A stretch of DNA of 64,000 nucleotides from Candidatus Anderseniibacteriota bacterium (lineage in GTDB: Bacteria > Patescibacteriota > JAUYIX01), in NCBI GenBank assembly GCA_046350905.1, contig JAXLZN010000002.1, positions 65,293-129,292 on the forward strand. The letters are read 5' to 3'. Both the position numbers and the translations under genes were made by a program. The notes beneath the pieces were generated by a model. It made no database searches and was not told the DNA's origin. It saw nothing but the letters and a program-made list of their open reading frames with translations. Positions 39,914 to 50,073 of the stretch are shown piece after piece. Numbering within the stretch: the first letter of the stretch is position 1; the number at the start of each line of letters is the position of its first letter.

Positions 39914-40357
39914 ATGGATTTCCTGATCACCCTCGCCAACCGCCCGTGGTTCTTTCCGGTCGTGGGCGGCTTGATCGCGGCCTACCTGCTCACGCTCTCG
40001 GTCACGTTGGCCCTCTGGACGCTCCGCGATGCCCGCCGACGCGTGCTCACCCGCGGGGCGCAGGTCGGAGCGGCGCTCTTTGTGCTGGCCTTTGGGCTGG
40101 TCGGGTTTGTGGCCTACGTCGCGCTCCGCCCGCGCCGGACCCTGGAGGAGCGCCACGACGACCTGCGCGAACGCGCCCTCCTGGCCCGCGCTGTCGCCCG
40201 CGCCACCTGCCCCTCCTGCAAGCAAGAAGTTGAGAGCGACTTTGCGAGTTGCCCGTTCTGCAAGGTCGATTTTGCACCGGTCTGCACCAGCTGCGGCGGC
40301 GTGGTCCATTTGAGCTGGAAGCGCTGCGGCTTCCTGCGGGACCGAGGTGGGGGCTGA
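39914..40357 (+). CDS. small membrane protein with PLDc_N-like N-terminus and C-terminal double zinc ribbon
   Basis: MDFLITLANRPWFFPVVGG.. has two TM helices flanking WTLRDARRR. CPSCKQEV..CPFCKV..CTSCGG...CGF follows. Confidence 0.6.
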   Translation: MDFLITLANRPWFFPVVGGLIAAYLLTLSVTLALWTLRDARRRVLTRGAQVGAALFVLAFGLVGFVAYVALRPRRTLEERHDDLRERALLARAVARATCPSCKQEVESDFASCPFCKVDFAPVCTSCGGVVHLSWKRCGFLRDRGGG

Positions 40358-40639
40358 CGTGCGCTCGCGTAAGTTTGCCTCACCGGTGCCGCTCAGCGTC
40401 GACGTGCTTGAAGCCGCAGCGCTCACGGCGGCCAAGCAGCAGCTCAGCCGTGACGGCGGCCAGGCCGGTGGGGCTGCCGGTGCTCTTTACTCGGCTCAGA
40501 AATCTTCTGCCAAGCCCATCCCGGTTGCGCCTAAGAGCCTGCCGATCAGGCCAGCGCCGACCCCAGCGTCGCGCTCACGCTGCGGCGCTTCTTTTCGATT
40601 AAGCGTTGGCTAAGCAATCGTTAAGGTCCACCGTGCTTT

Positions 40640-41018
40640 CTTGGCACGGTGTCGACCTCCCCAGCCTCTCCAAGCAAGAGCTCGGCGCTCTGGAGCGAAC
40701 GCATCGTCTCCGGACGCGCTAGCGCGGCGCGGCTACAAGAACGCTCGCCCGCAACGTGCGCGCCGCTTCGGTGAAGTCGACCTGGTGGTCGCAACACCGC
40801 ACGGTCTTGTTTGTCGAGGTTAAGACCCGCACCAGCCGTCGGTTCGGCCTGCCTGAGGAGGCGGTCGATGCTCGTAAGCGCCTCCACCTCGCCACTGCGC
40901 CGTGGTGCTGGCTGACAGGTTTGCCGGAGAAGCAGACTGGGCCATTTTGGTGGTGGCTGTGGAAATCGATCTCACTAACCGCTCAGCTAGGCTCCGGAGG
41001 ATCGAGGTGGACGGCTAG
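40640..41018 (+). CDS. yraN: YraN-family (UPF0102) endonuclease-like protein (apparent frameshifts)
   Basis: ..GERIVS..RRGYKNARPQRARRFGEVDLVVATPHGLV / FVEVKTRTSRRFGLPEEAVDARKRLHL.. / ..VVAVEIDL.. are read over three frames. TAG stop at 41016-41018. Confidence 0.55.
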
Positions 41019-41034
41019 CCGCACCTGGCGCGAG

Positions 41035-42717
41035 GTGTACAATCCTCCAGTGCAGCCTCGCTACATATTCGTTACCGGTGGAGTACTGAGCGGGATCGGA
41101 AAAGGGATCACGGCTGCGTCTATCGGCGCGATCTGCAAAGCGGCCGGCAAAAAAGTCTTTATGCAGAAGCTGGAGCGCTACCTCAACGTAGACGCCGGCA
41201 CCATGAACCCCTTCCGCCACGGGGAAGTCTTTGTGCTCGACGACGGTACCGAGACCGACCTCGACCTCGGGCACTACGAGCGCTTCATCGACGAGAGCCT
41301 CTCCAAGCTCTCCTTTGTCACGAGCGGCGCCATCTACTGGGAGCTGCTCCAGAACGAACGCCGCGGCGACTACCTCGGCCGCGACATCCAGGTCATCCCG
41401 CACGTGACCGACCTGGTCAAGGCCAAGGTGCGCACCGCCGCCAAGAAGTCCGGCTGCGACGTCATGATCATCGAGGTGGGCGGCACGGTCGGCGACATGG
41501 AGGGCAACCACTTTTTGGAGGCGGCCCGCCAGATGCACCGCGAGGAAGGCGAGGGCCGCGTGCGCTTTGTCCACGTCAGCTACCTGCCCTACGTCACCGC
41601 CACCGGCGAACTCAAAACCAAGCCCACGCAGCAGTCGGTCCAGCTGCTGCGCTCCATCGGCATCCAGCCGGACATCATCGTGGCGCGCTCGGACGTCGAC
41701 ATGCTACCCGACCACGTCGACAAGATCGCCATGTACTGCGACGTGGATCCGGCGGCTGTCATCCCGGCACCGACCATCAAGACGGTCTACGAGGTACCGC
41801 TCAACTTTGAGCGCGCTGGAATCTCTAAGATTCTGTTCAAGCTGCTGGGCTGGACCTACAAGAAGCCGGACCTGAGCAACTGGCGCCAGCTGGTCAAGAC
41901 CATCAACACCGAAAAACCACCCGTGCGTATTGCGCTGGCCGGCAAGTACACCTCGCTCGAGGACGCCTACATCTCGGTGATCAAGGCTATCAAGGGCGCG
42001 GCCTACGCCGAGGGGCGCTGGCCGATCATCGAGTGGGTCGACACGGAAAAAATCGAGCAGGGTGACAAGAAAGAGTGGGCCAAGCTGCGCAGCGTGGACG
42101 GCGTGGTCGTGCCGGGCGGGTTTGGCAAACGCGGGATTGAGGGCAAGATCAAGGTGGCCCAGTACTGCCGCGAGCAGCGCGTGCCCTACTTTGGCCTGTG
42201 CCTGGGTGCCCAGATCATGACGGTTGAGTTCGCCCGGAACGTGCTGGGGATCAAAGACGCCAACTCAGAGGAGTTTGATCCCACGGGGGCGCACCGCGTG
42301 GTGCACTACCTGCCGGGCCAGTACGAGGGGCGCGAGATGGGCGGGACGTTGCGGCTCGGTGCGCGTGACTGCGTGATCAAGGCAGGCACCATCGCCCGCA
42401 AGGCCTACAGCTCCGCTCGCATCAGCGAACGCCACCGCCACCGCTACGAGTTCAACAACGAGTACCGCAAGCAGCTCGAAGCCGCCGGCCTGGTCATCTC
42501 CGGCCAGTCACCCAAGGGGCAGCTCATGGAGATCGTCGAGGTTGCCGATCACCCCTTTATGCTCGGCACGCAGTTCCACCCTGAGTTCAAGGCGCGGCCG
42601 CACAAGGTGCACCCACTCTTTGGGGCCTTTGTGCAGGCCATCGTACGTGGTGCCGCACCAGAGCCGGCCAAGCCCAAGGCGGCCGCGCGCTCAGCGCATG
42701 CGTTCGCTACCCGGTGA
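41035..42717 (+). CDS. pyrG: CTP synthase (start GTG 41035 or 41050)
   Basis: PRYIFVTGGVLSGIGKGI, the GATase motif GLCLGAQ, and HRHRYEFN. The ORF 40756..42717 extension upstream is read-through of the yraN region. Confidence 0.95.
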   Translation: MYNPPVQPRYIFVTGGVLSGIGKGITAASIGAICKAAGKKVFMQKLERYLNVDAGTMNPFRHGEVFVLDDGTETDLDLGHYERFIDESLSKLSFVTSGAIYWELLQNERRGDYLGRDIQVIPHVTDLVKAKVRTAAKKSGCDVMIIEVGGTVGDMEGNHFLEAARQMHREEGEGRVRFVHVSYLPYVTATGELKTKPTQQSVQLLRSIGIQPDIIVARSDVDMLPDHVDKIAMYCDVDPAAVIPAPTIKTVYEVPLNFERAGISKILFKLLGWTYKKPDLSNWRQLVKTINTEKPPVRIALAGKYTSLEDAYISVIKAIKGAAYAEGRWPIIEWVDTEKIEQGDKKEWAKLRSVDGVVVPGGFGKRGIEGKIKVAQYCREQRVPYFGLCLGAQIMTVEFARNVLGIKDANSEEFDPTGAHRVVHYLPGQYEGREMGGTLRLGARDCVIKAGTIARKAYSSARISERHRHRYEFNNEYRKQLEAAGLVISGQSPKGQLMEIVEVADHPFMLGTQFHPEFKARPHKVHPLFGAFVQAIVRGAAPEPAKPKAAARSAHAFATR

Positions 42718-44311
42718 TCCGCTCGCTCCGCTCGCGGGCGAACCCGAACCACTCCTCGATCGCGTAGGTCAGGGCCTTGAACGGTGCCTCGAGCACGATG
42801 TCAAAGATAAAGAGAAAGAGGTTGTAGCGGCGCACGTTGACGGAGAACCAGTAGCCGACCTCGAGCAGCGGGTTGGCAAAAAACAGGAAGAGCGAACCGA
42901 GCAGCCCCACGCGACGTTGCACCATGAAGTACTCGCCGGCGCGGGTGCGCAGGCGGATGCCCACAAAGGTCACGAGCGAGAGGAAGAGCAGGAAGAGCGT
43001 CCCATCCAGCCAGTTGAACCCGAGCCAGGCCAGCAGCCAGATCAGGGCGCCGGTCGTGACGGCAAAGGTCAGGACGTAGACCACCCCGAGCAGAACCTTG
43101 GCGGCCTCGGAGCGGCGGCTGAGCAGCCGCACGTGGTAGACAGACGGCGTGCGGTCGGCGCGGATGCTGGTCCAGAGGTCGGACAGGATGCGCTTGGTGT
43201 TCTCTTTGTCCGGGAACCGCGCGGTCGTGCCTAGCACGAGCAGCAGCAGCGGATGGAAGGTTACGTTGATAATGAGCGGGACGTAGCTGAGGCTGCCGAG
43301 CACCCAAAAGTCGTAGGGCACCTCGAGCGCCAGCGCCAGCAGCATCTTGGTGATAAAGATGAACATGATCGAACGCACCGTGCTGCGGCGCGTACCCGTG
43401 CGGTTCTTGGCGTAGTAGCCGTCGACCACGCCGCGCACGTCGGCGATGAAGGTTTTTTCGTCATCGAGCCGCTCGAGCGCGTCGGTGGGGTGCTCTTTAA
43501 CCACGTCGAGCAGGGCCTGGTACGGGATCACCATGCGGCGAACCTGCTGCGCCAGGCGCGGCCCGTTGGGGTGGGCCAGGTGGTTCCGCACCACGTCACG
43601 GTACCCGAGGATGTGGTGGGCCAGGTTGTGCGCGTCGGCTTCGGTCGTCTCGCGCCAGCCCGGGTAGTACGAGGTGAGGAGGTGGTACTCGATCAGGCGC
43701 GCATCGGACTTGAAGGTCGCGCGGTGCAGCGCGGCGTAGAGCTGCAGGTCGCGGTCCTCTGGATCAAAGGCCGCGTCCTCCCACACGATACGGGGCTTGA
43801 GGACATCAAAGGCGTAGCGGATCAACGCCTCTTCGCGAGATGGATCGTAGATGGCCTGCTCAATTTCTACGGAGGCCAATCCGAGCACCCAATTGGCGAT
43901 GCTGCGCGGGCTCTCCGGCAAGCGGCCCTGCAGCTCGTCGCTCAGGCGGCGGTACTTGGCGATGATTGCGTCGATGCGCGGGACGTCGCGCTCTGGGAAC
44001 GTCCCGTTGGGCACGTACCCCGTCCGGACGAGGTCGCGTACGAGGAGTTCGCCCAGGCGGCTGGGGGAGGTGCGGTAGACCAAGACTTGGCGGCGCAGAA
44101 AGCGGTGGATCGCGTTGCGACGCAGGAGGTGCTGGTCGGTGTTGTCGACCGTGTTGCGGAGCTGCTCGTACAGGCGCGCGATCGAGCTGGAGAGCTCTTC
44201 GGTTTGGATGCGCGGAGAGTCGTCGGGTGCTGGGGCTACGCTGCGCTCAGCAACAAACCGTACGAACTCCGCTGCGTCCTGCTTGAGGCCGGTGTGGCTC
44301 GCTTCTGCCAT
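42707..44311 (-). CDS. hypothetical polytopic membrane protein (soluble N-terminal ~300 aa plus C-terminal TM bundle)
   Basis: Intact 534-aa ORF with at least 6 hydrophobic helices in the C-terminal 230 aa. No family recognised. Confidence 0.6.
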   Translation of the reverse strand: MAEASHTGLKQDAAEFVRFVAERSVAPAPDDSPRIQTEELSSSIARLYEQLRNTVDNTDQHLLRRNAIHRFLRRQVLVYRTSPSRLGELLVRDLVRTGYVPNGTFPERDVPRIDAIIAKYRRLSDELQGRLPESPRSIANWVLGLASVEIEQAIYDPSREEALIRYAFDVLKPRIVWEDAAFDPEDRDLQLYAALHRATFKSDARLIEYHLLTSYYPGWRETTEADAHNLAHHILGYRDVVRNHLAHPNGPRLAQQVRRMVIPYQALLDVVKEHPTDALERLDDEKTFIADVRGVVDGYYAKNRTGTRRSTVRSIMFIFITKMLLALALEVPYDFWVLGSLSYVPLIINVTFHPLLLLVLGTTARFPDKENTKRILSDLWTSIRADRTPSVYHVRLLSRRSEAAKVLLGVVYVLTFAVTTGALIWLLAWLGFNWLDGTLFLLFLSLVTFVGIRLRTRAGEYFMVQRRVGLLGSLFLFFANPLLEVGYWFSVNVRRYNLFLFIFDIVLEAPFKALTYAIEEWFGFARERSERITG

Positions 44312-44387
44312 GGCTCAACCATGCTACGCGCGTTGCATCGCGTGGCGCAACCGCATGCTAGGCTAGCGGCGCACCAGGAGGTGCGAG

Positions 44388-44930
44388 ATGGAAGCCACCT
44401 CAGCTCTTGTTCTCTACAACAGCCCAAGCGAGTTTCTTGCCGGTGGGCTAGCGCCCATCGTGACGCTCAACCAAATTGCGGAGGACTACGGTCTCGTTGG
44501 ACGGGCCAGGGCGGACCACCTCTGCTACAAGTGCGGCGACCACGCATCGTACCTGCACCTGCGGGAGGTGCTCGAGCCGTACGCGGACTACAACCACGTA
44601 GCTCCCATTGGCGGTCGTATGATTTCGTACCTCAAGCTCCGGGAGCCGCTCAGCACAGTCCTCGGCCCGATCTGGTACATCGAACTCTCCGACCAAAAGC
44701 CGGACGGTAGCCAGCACGAGGGGTTCGACCACGTGGAGGTGTACCCGACTGAGTCCAGCATGCGAGCGCTGGCCGTGCACCTCGAAGCGCGCGGGCTCCA
44801 GACCTCGGCTGGGTCCTGCCCCACCCACGAGACGATCGACGTTCGGCGCATCAAGGGGCTCAAGCTCCGCATCGAAGCCGGCCCGCTCGTCGAGAAGATC
44901 GCCCGTGAAGAAATGGGCATCAAGTTCTAG
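44388..44930 (+). CDS. YecM-like VOC-superfamily metal-binding protein
   Basis: 180-aa ORF. ADHLCYKC....GGRMISYLKLREPL....IELSDQKPDGSQHEGFDHVEVYP parallels the E. coli YecM pattern (ADHISLRC...ICLFKLHEP...VELPWPGEKRYPHEGWEHIEIVLP), recalled from memory. Confidence 0.55.
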   Translation: MEATSALVLYNSPSEFLAGGLAPIVTLNQIAEDYGLVGRARADHLCYKCGDHASYLHLREVLEPYADYNHVAPIGGRMISYLKLREPLSTVLGPIWYIELSDQKPDGSQHEGFDHVEVYPTESSMRALAVHLEARGLQTSAGSCPTHETIDVRRIKGLKLRIEAGPLVEKIAREEMGIKF

Positions 44931-44977
44931 ACCACCCTCGGTAGCCGGCTCGCGCGCCAGCTACCGAGGTTCTACGT

Positions 44978-45006
44978 TTGACAAAAAGGTGCTGCCGGAC
45001 TAGGGT
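44978..45006 (+). promoter_or_regulatory. candidate sigma70-type promoter for nusA
   Basis: TTGACA (44978-44983), 17-nt spacer, TAGGGT (45001-45006), about 70 nt upstream of the nusA ATG. Confidence 0.35.
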
Positions 45007-45074
45007 CACGCCACACAGCTAGACAGACTAGCTGACGTTTTTGCATAAGCACGCTTACCCCTCAACCAACCACC

Positions 45075-46319
45075 ATGGCCCAAAAGAAGGAGTTCCAGCT
45101 CGCGATCGAACAGATCGCCGCAGAGAAGAACATCCCGCTCGAAAAAATCATTGAGACGATCGAGGCTGCGCTCGCGGCGGCCTTCCGTAAGGACTTTGGC
45201 ACGCCCGACCAGAACGTCCGCGTGAAGTTCAACGTGGAGGACGGCTCGTCCAAGGTTTTTGACGTTAAGACCGTGGTTGAGGCGATCCCCGAGGACGCCG
45301 AGCAACAAAAAGAGACCGGCATCAACGCCAAGGAGCACGTCACGGTCGAGAACGCGCAGGTCCTTAAAAAAGGCGCGGCCGTCGGCGACGTGATCGAGAC
45401 CGAGATTGCCCCGCCGGCCGGCTACGGCCGCATCGCTGCGCAGACCGCCAAGCAGGTGATCATCCAGCGGCTACGCGAGGCCGAGCGCGAGATCGTGTCG
45501 CGTGAATTTAAGGGCAAAGAGGGTGAGATCATCAACGGCACGGTCCAGCGCATCGAGGGTCGCAACGTCTACGTCGACCTGGCGCAGGCCACCGGTGTCC
45601 TGTACCCGCACGAGCAGATTCCGGGTGAGACCTACACGGTCGGCATGCGGCTCAAGGTGTACGTGGCGGAGGTTCGCGACACGAGCAAGGGCCCCGAGAT
45701 CATCCTGTCCCGCTCGCACCCGAAGTTTGTCGCCAAGCTGTTTGAACTCGAGGTGCCAGAAATCTACTCCGGCGTGGTGCAGATCAAGGGCATCGCGCGC
45801 GAAGCCGGTAGCCGCACCAAGGTTGCGGTCTGGACCGACCAGGACGGCGTCGACCCCGTCGGCTCGGCCGTGGGTCAGCGCGGTACGCGCGTGCAAACCG
45901 TGATCGCAGAAATCGGCGGCGAAAAAATCGACATCATTCAGTTCGACGAGGACCAGGACACCTACCTGCGCAACTCCATGTCGCCCGCCAAGGTCCTCAA
46001 GGTCGAACTCAACGAGGCGGAGAAGCGCGCCAAGGTTGTCGTCGACGACGACCAGCTCTCGCTCGCGATCGGCAAGGGTGGGCAGAACGTTCGCCTCGCG
46101 GCCAAGCTGACCGGCTGGAAGATCGACGTGGTCGGTGCCGGCGAAGAGGGTGGCAAGAAGGAAGGCGAGGAGAAGAAAGAGGGCGAAGAGAAGCCTGCGG
46201 ACGGCGAGAAGCCGGCCGAAACCGAAGCCAAGCCTGAAGAGAAGAAAGAGGAAGTGAAGGAGGAGAAGCCTGCCGAAAAAGAGGAGAAGAAAGAAGAGCC
46301 CGAGAAGAAGTCCGAGTAG
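45075..46319 (+). CDS. nusA: transcription termination/antitermination factor NusA with Lys/Glu-rich C-terminal tail
   Basis: Intact 414-aa ORF with S1 and two KH domains (..IGKGGQNVRLAAKLTGWKIDV..) and a tail EGEEKKEGEEKPADGEKPAETEAKPEEKKEE. Confidence 0.95.
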   Translation: MAQKKEFQLAIEQIAAEKNIPLEKIIETIEAALAAAFRKDFGTPDQNVRVKFNVEDGSSKVFDVKTVVEAIPEDAEQQKETGINAKEHVTVENAQVLKKGAAVGDVIETEIAPPAGYGRIAAQTAKQVIIQRLREAEREIVSREFKGKEGEIINGTVQRIEGRNVYVDLAQATGVLYPHEQIPGETYTVGMRLKVYVAEVRDTSKGPEIILSRSHPKFVAKLFELEVPEIYSGVVQIKGIAREAGSRTKVAVWTDQDGVDPVGSAVGQRGTRVQTVIAEIGGEKIDIIQFDEDQDTYLRNSMSPAKVLKVELNEAEKRAKVVVDDDQLSLAIGKGGQNVRLAAKLTGWKIDVVGAGEEGGKKEGEEKKEGEEKPADGEKPAETEAKPEEKKEEVKEEKPAEKEEKKEEPEKKSE

Positions 46320-46336
46320 CCGTAACTTCAACATCC

Positions 46337-48361
46337 ATGCTGTTCAACCTTCGACTCGAGTACCTCGCGATCGGTGTCGCAGCCCTGGCGCTGCTCTTCG
46401 CGGTGCTACTGACAATTCGCATCAAGGCAACCAAGGGTGGCGACCGCTTTATGGAAGAGATTGCACGCGCCATCCGTGAGGGCGCCTTTGCCTACCTCAA
46501 GCGGCAGTACATCGTCGTGGGCGGCCTGACCGTCCTCGGCGCCGCGGCCCTCTACTACTTTGTGAACTGGCAGACCGCGGTGGGCTTTTTGGCAGGCGCG
46601 GTCACCTCGCTCATCGCCGGCCTGATCGGCATGTGGATCGCTGTCCAGGCGAACGTCAAAACGGCCGAGGCGGCTAAGGAAACCCTCGGCAAAGCCCTGC
46701 GCGTGGCGTTCACCGCTGGCACGGTCACCGGCATGGTGGTCGTGGGGCTCGGCTTGCTCGGCGTGGCTGGGTTCTACCTCTGGCTCGGTGACCCGATGCT
46801 GCTGATCGGCTTTGGCTTTGGTGCCTCGCTCGTTTCGCTCTTTGCGCGCGTGGGTGGCGGCATCTACACCAAGGCAGCGGACGTGGGTGCGGACCTGGTC
46901 GGCAAGGTCGAGAAAGGCATTCCAGAAGACGACCCCCGCAACCCGGCGGTCATCGCCGACAACGTGGGCGACAACGTGGGCGACACGGCTGGCATGAGCG
47001 CCGACCTCTTTGAGACGTACGTGGTCACGCTGCTCGCTGCCATGATCTTGGGCGGCACGGTCGCGGTGGCCGGGGTCGGTGGCGTGCTCTACCCGCTGGC
47101 GCTCGGTGCGATCGGCGTGCTGGCTTCGATCATCGGCTCGTTTTTTGTCCGGCTGCGTGGAACCAACATCACGGGCGCTCTCTACAAAGGTGCGGGTGCC
47201 GCGTTGGTGCTGAGCGGCGTTGGCTTTTACGTCTTTAACCGGATGTACGCGGGCAACGACCTCAAGCTCTTTGGCGCCACGCTCGTTGGGTTGGCCGTTA
47301 CGGTCCTGACGATCGTCATCACCAACACCTTTACGGCTCGCAACCGTCGCGCGGTCTACGAGATCGCCAAGGCTTCTGAGACTGGCCCCGGCACCAACAT
47401 CATTGCTGGCCTCGCGGTGGGGTTGCGTTCGACCTGGCCGATGGTGGTTACGATTGTGGCGGCCATCCTGACGGCCTACTACCTGGCGGGCCTGTACGGT
47501 ATCGCGATTGCAGCGGTGGCCATGCTCTCGAGCATGGGCATCATCGTGGCGATCGACGCCTACGGTCCGATCACGGACAACGCGGGCGGGATTGCGGAGA
47601 TGAGCAACCTGCCGGCCAAGGTACGCAGCAAGACCGACGCGCTGGATGCCGTGGGCAACACGACCAAGGCCATCACCAAGGGCTACGCGATTGGCTCGGC
47701 GGCACTCGCCACGCTGGCGCTGTTTGCAGCCTACGCAGACGAGATCCGCGGGTACCTGAGCCAAGCCGGTCTGTCGCACAGCTTTAGCCTGGAGAACCCG
47801 CTCGTGCTGGTTGGACTGTTCATCGGTGCGGCGCTGCCGTTCTTCTTTGCCAGCCAGCTCATGACCGCGGTCGGCAAGGCAGCCTTTACGGTGGTCGAGG
47901 CGGTTCGCCAGCAGTTCAAGACCAAGAAGATTATGGAAGGCATCGACAAGCCGGACTACGGCCAGGTCGTCGACATCGTGACGCGCGCGGCGCAGAAGTA
48001 CCTGGTGCTGCCGGCGGTCGTCGCGGTTGCGGTGGCGCTGCTGGTCGGCTTTGGGCTAGGGCCCGTGGCGCTCGGTGCGCTCCTGATCGGCCTGATCGTG
48101 AGCGGCTTCTTCCTTGCCATCATGATGACGACCGGCGGTGCTGCCTGGGACAACGCCAAGAAGTACGTCGAGGCGGGACAGTTCGGCGGCAAGGGCTCTG
48201 ACGCGCACAAGGCTGCCGTCGTCGGCGACACCGTGGGTGACCCGTTCAAGGACACGGCTGGTCCGGCGCTCAACTCGCTCATCAAGGTGGTCAACACGCT
48301 GGCCGTGATCTTCGCTGGGCAGTTTGCCCTGCACCACTGGCTCGATAAGTTTTTCCGCTAG
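46337..48361 (+). CDS. hppA: membrane-bound proton/sodium-translocating pyrophosphatase
   Basis: Intact 674-aa ORF with GGIYTKAADVGADLVGKVE, DNVGDNVGD and GDTVGDPFKDTAGP. Confidence 0.95.
   Translation: MLFNLRLEYLAIGVAALALLFAVLLTIRIKATKGGDRFMEEIARAIREGAFAYLKRQYIVVGGLTVLGAAALYYFVNWQTAVGFLAGAVTSLIAGLIGMWIAVQANVKTAEAAKETLGKALRVAFTAGTVTGMVVVGLGLLGVAGFYLWLGDPMLLIGFGFGASLVSLFARVGGGIYTKAADVGADLVGKVEKGIPEDDPRNPAVIADNVGDNVGDTAGMSADLFETYVVTLLAAMILGGTVAVAGVGGVLYPLALGAIGVLASIIGSFFVRLRGTNITGALYKGAGAALVLSGVGFYVFNRMYAGNDLKLFGATLVGLAVTVLTIVITNTFTARNRRAVYEIAKASETGPGTNIIAGLAVGLRSTWPMVVTIVAAILTAYYLAGLYGIAIAAVAMLSSMGIIVAIDAYGPITDNAGGIAEMSNLPAKVRSKTDALDAVGNTTKAITKGYAIGSAALATLALFAAYADEIRGYLSQAGLSHSFSLENPLVLVGLFIGAALPFFFASQLMTAVGKAAFTVVEAVRQQFKTKKIMEGIDKPDYGQVVDIVTRAAQKYLVLPAVVAVAVALLVGFGLGPVALGALLIGLIVSGFFLAIMMTTGGAAWDNAKKYVEAGQFGGKGSDAHKAAVVGDTVGDPFKDTAGPALNSLIKVVNTLAVIFAGQFALHHWLDKFFR
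48329..48361. repeat. direct repeat copy 1 (last 10 codons plus stop of hppA)
   Basis: CTGCACCACTGGCTCGATAAGTTTTTCCGCTAG is identical to 57025-57057. Confidence 0.95.
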
Positions 48362-48384
48362 GAACAGCTGGTAGCGCCTAGATA

Positions 48385-49176
48385 ATGGTCCACGACGCAG
48401 AATCTGAAGGCGCACGCGAATCCGCGGCTGAAGCAACCGAGCTCAAGGCTGTCACGGAACGCCTTGCACGTGGCGACGGCGCGCTCGTTGAGGTCAAAGG
48501 CATCCAGTCGACTGTCGGTGAGCGGCTTTGGGTTACTGCGCGGTATGGGCAGGACGTCACGCTGCCCGAGCCCGGTCAGTACTTTCTCAACATCGACCTC
48601 TTTGCCGACCGGAACGGTCGGTTCGAGCCAATCGGCATGCGGGACTTCGAGGTTCGCAACGGCGTCGCTGATGGCAACAAGCAGCGCCACGGCCGCCTGC
48701 CGGAGATGTCCAACGCCAGAGCCGATGAGCGAACCGCGCACGCACGTGCCGACAAAAAATGGGCAACTGGCGAAGGCATCAAGATCTCGGACGAAGACCT
48801 CCTCAACTACGCAGGCAGACTCGGCGGCCTCAAGGGCATGGGCGTCCTGCGCGAGCGCGGCCTCATCCAGTCCGAGAAAGACTGGGGCAAGAAGGTCTAC
48901 CAAGAGCGCGGCCTCGGAACGCTGCTGAACGTCATCGCATTGCTCGTGCTCAGGCAGAAGGGGGTGGAGCGCGTGCAGCTCGGTCACCTCAACAAGGCAT
49001 CCGAAGCACTGTGGCGGCGGTGGGAGAAGTGGCGTTCGCCTGGCTGGCAGCCGAAGTCGCGCGAGGAGGTGCTGGTGGACGAACTCTACAACGATCCGGT
49101 CGTGCGCGCGGCGCTACTCAAAATTGTGCGGGCCACACAGCGCCAGACCGGCTCGCCCCCCGTGATCTGGAATTAG
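48385..49176 (+). CDS. hypothetical protein with GNAT-like motif in the C-terminal half
   Basis: 263-aa ORF. QERGLGTLLNVIALLVLRQKGVERVQL resembles the acetyl-CoA-binding motif A (R/Q-x-x-G-x-G/A). This is weak evidence. Confidence 0.45.
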   Translation: MVHDAESEGARESAAEATELKAVTERLARGDGALVEVKGIQSTVGERLWVTARYGQDVTLPEPGQYFLNIDLFADRNGRFEPIGMRDFEVRNGVADGNKQRHGRLPEMSNARADERTAHARADKKWATGEGIKISDEDLLNYAGRLGGLKGMGVLRERGLIQSEKDWGKKVYQERGLGTLLNVIALLVLRQKGVERVQLGHLNKASEALWRRWEKWRSPGWQPKSREEVLVDELYNDPVVRAALLKIVRATQRQTGSPPVIWN

Positions 49177-49185
49177 TCGCGAAAA

Positions 49186-49974
49186 CTAGTCGCGCGCACT
49201 CTGCTGCCAGAACGAATTGAATAGGGCGCGCAGCATGCCGACGATGTACTCGTCCGTGATGACAACCGCGATGGGCGTCTTGGGTTGCCACAGCACCACC
49301 TTGTTGGCAAAGAGCTGAATCCCGGTGACAAACGGTGTCACTCCACGTAGTACCCGGGTTTCTCGCAGCTCGGCGACGTCCTTTCCCTTGAGGGTCTCCG
49401 TATCGGGGCTCGGCAGGAGCAGCGCATTAATCTTGATGCCCTTGCGCACGCGTGTGGCGATCCAACGCCGTTCCTCCGCCCACGAGATAAAGCCGATAAA
49501 ATCCTTAGCCGAACCCAGGAACTCCGTCGTCCCCTTGGCCTCATCGAGGATCTGGTAGAAGAGCTTGAGAAACTGATCACGCCCCTCCAGCACCTGGACC
49601 TGCGTCGCGGCGCTGCCCTGCCGGTACATGGCGAGCAAGTCGGGGAGTGCCCCCACGATGTCTTGGTCGTAGGTAGCGAGCGACTCACGCTTCTTACGTA
49701 GCAGCTCGCGCACGGTCGTGGGTGGTTCGACCACAAAGGTGCGTGCGTAGCGCCTGCGTTCCGAAAAGCGTGCCAACCCCTTACGCTCGAGGCCCTGGAT
49801 GAGCTTGTACATGTTGGGTCTCGAGATGCCGAGTCCTTTGGAGAGGGCGGCTAGCGACGCCGGCCCCATTGCCAGCGATAGCACGTAGAGCGCCGTTTCC
49901 TGTTCCGTAAGCCCCAGTTCCCGCAGCGAACTGTACAAGAGACGTTTAACTTGGCTTTGGCTGAGCTTGGCCAT
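49186..49974 (-). CDS. TrmB-family transcriptional regulator (paralog 1)
   Basis: 262-aa ORF with an N-terminal winged HTH (LGLTEQETALYVLSLAMGPASLAALSKGLGISRPNMYKLIQGLERKGLA) plus a TrmB-type C-terminal domain. Same architecture as 57894..58709. Confidence 0.8.
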   Translation of the reverse strand: MAKLSQSQVKRLLYSSLRELGLTEQETALYVLSLAMGPASLAALSKGLGISRPNMYKLIQGLERKGLARFSERRRYARTFVVEPPTTVRELLRKKRESLATYDQDIVGALPDLLAMYRQGSAATQVQVLEGRDQFLKLFYQILDEAKGTTEFLGSAKDFIGFISWAEERRWIATRVRKGIKINALLLPSPDTETLKGKDVAELRETRVLRGVTPFVTGIQLFANKVVLWQPKTPIAVVITDEYIVGMLRALFNSFWQQSARD

Positions 49975-50014
49975 GTCTATCTAATATAAGTATATAGATA
50001 GTATACACATATAA

Positions 50015-50073
50015 TAAATAAAGTCAATACAAAGCCAAATAGTATTGACTAATACGCTATAGTGCGCTATACG
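50015..50073 (+). promoter_or_regulatory. shared operator-like block plus candidate promoter (cassette 1)
   Basis: TAAATAAAG-N13-AAATAG-TATTGACT (50015-50050) matches 58781-58815. There is a dyad AGTCAATA/TATTGACT (50022-29/50043-50). TTGACT (50045-50), 17-nt spacer, TATACG (50068-73). A 5'-UTR hairpin CCAAAC/GTTTGG lies at 50082-50100. GACAAAGGAGA lies at 50127-50137. Confidence 0.5.

Noticed and set aside
40347-40613. 88-aa ORF between the zinc-ribbon membrane protein and yraN.
   Set aside because: It has no SD, a low-complexity Ala/Ser/Pro composition and no motif, and it sits in the error-prone segment. I could not support it as a gene.
40629-40651. 8-bp-stem hairpin CACCGTGC-TTTCTTG-GCACGGTG upstream of yraN, considered as a terminator.
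   Set aside because: No U-tract follows it, and it lies in a region with frameshift-type errors where gene boundaries are unclear. Support is insufficient to annotate it.
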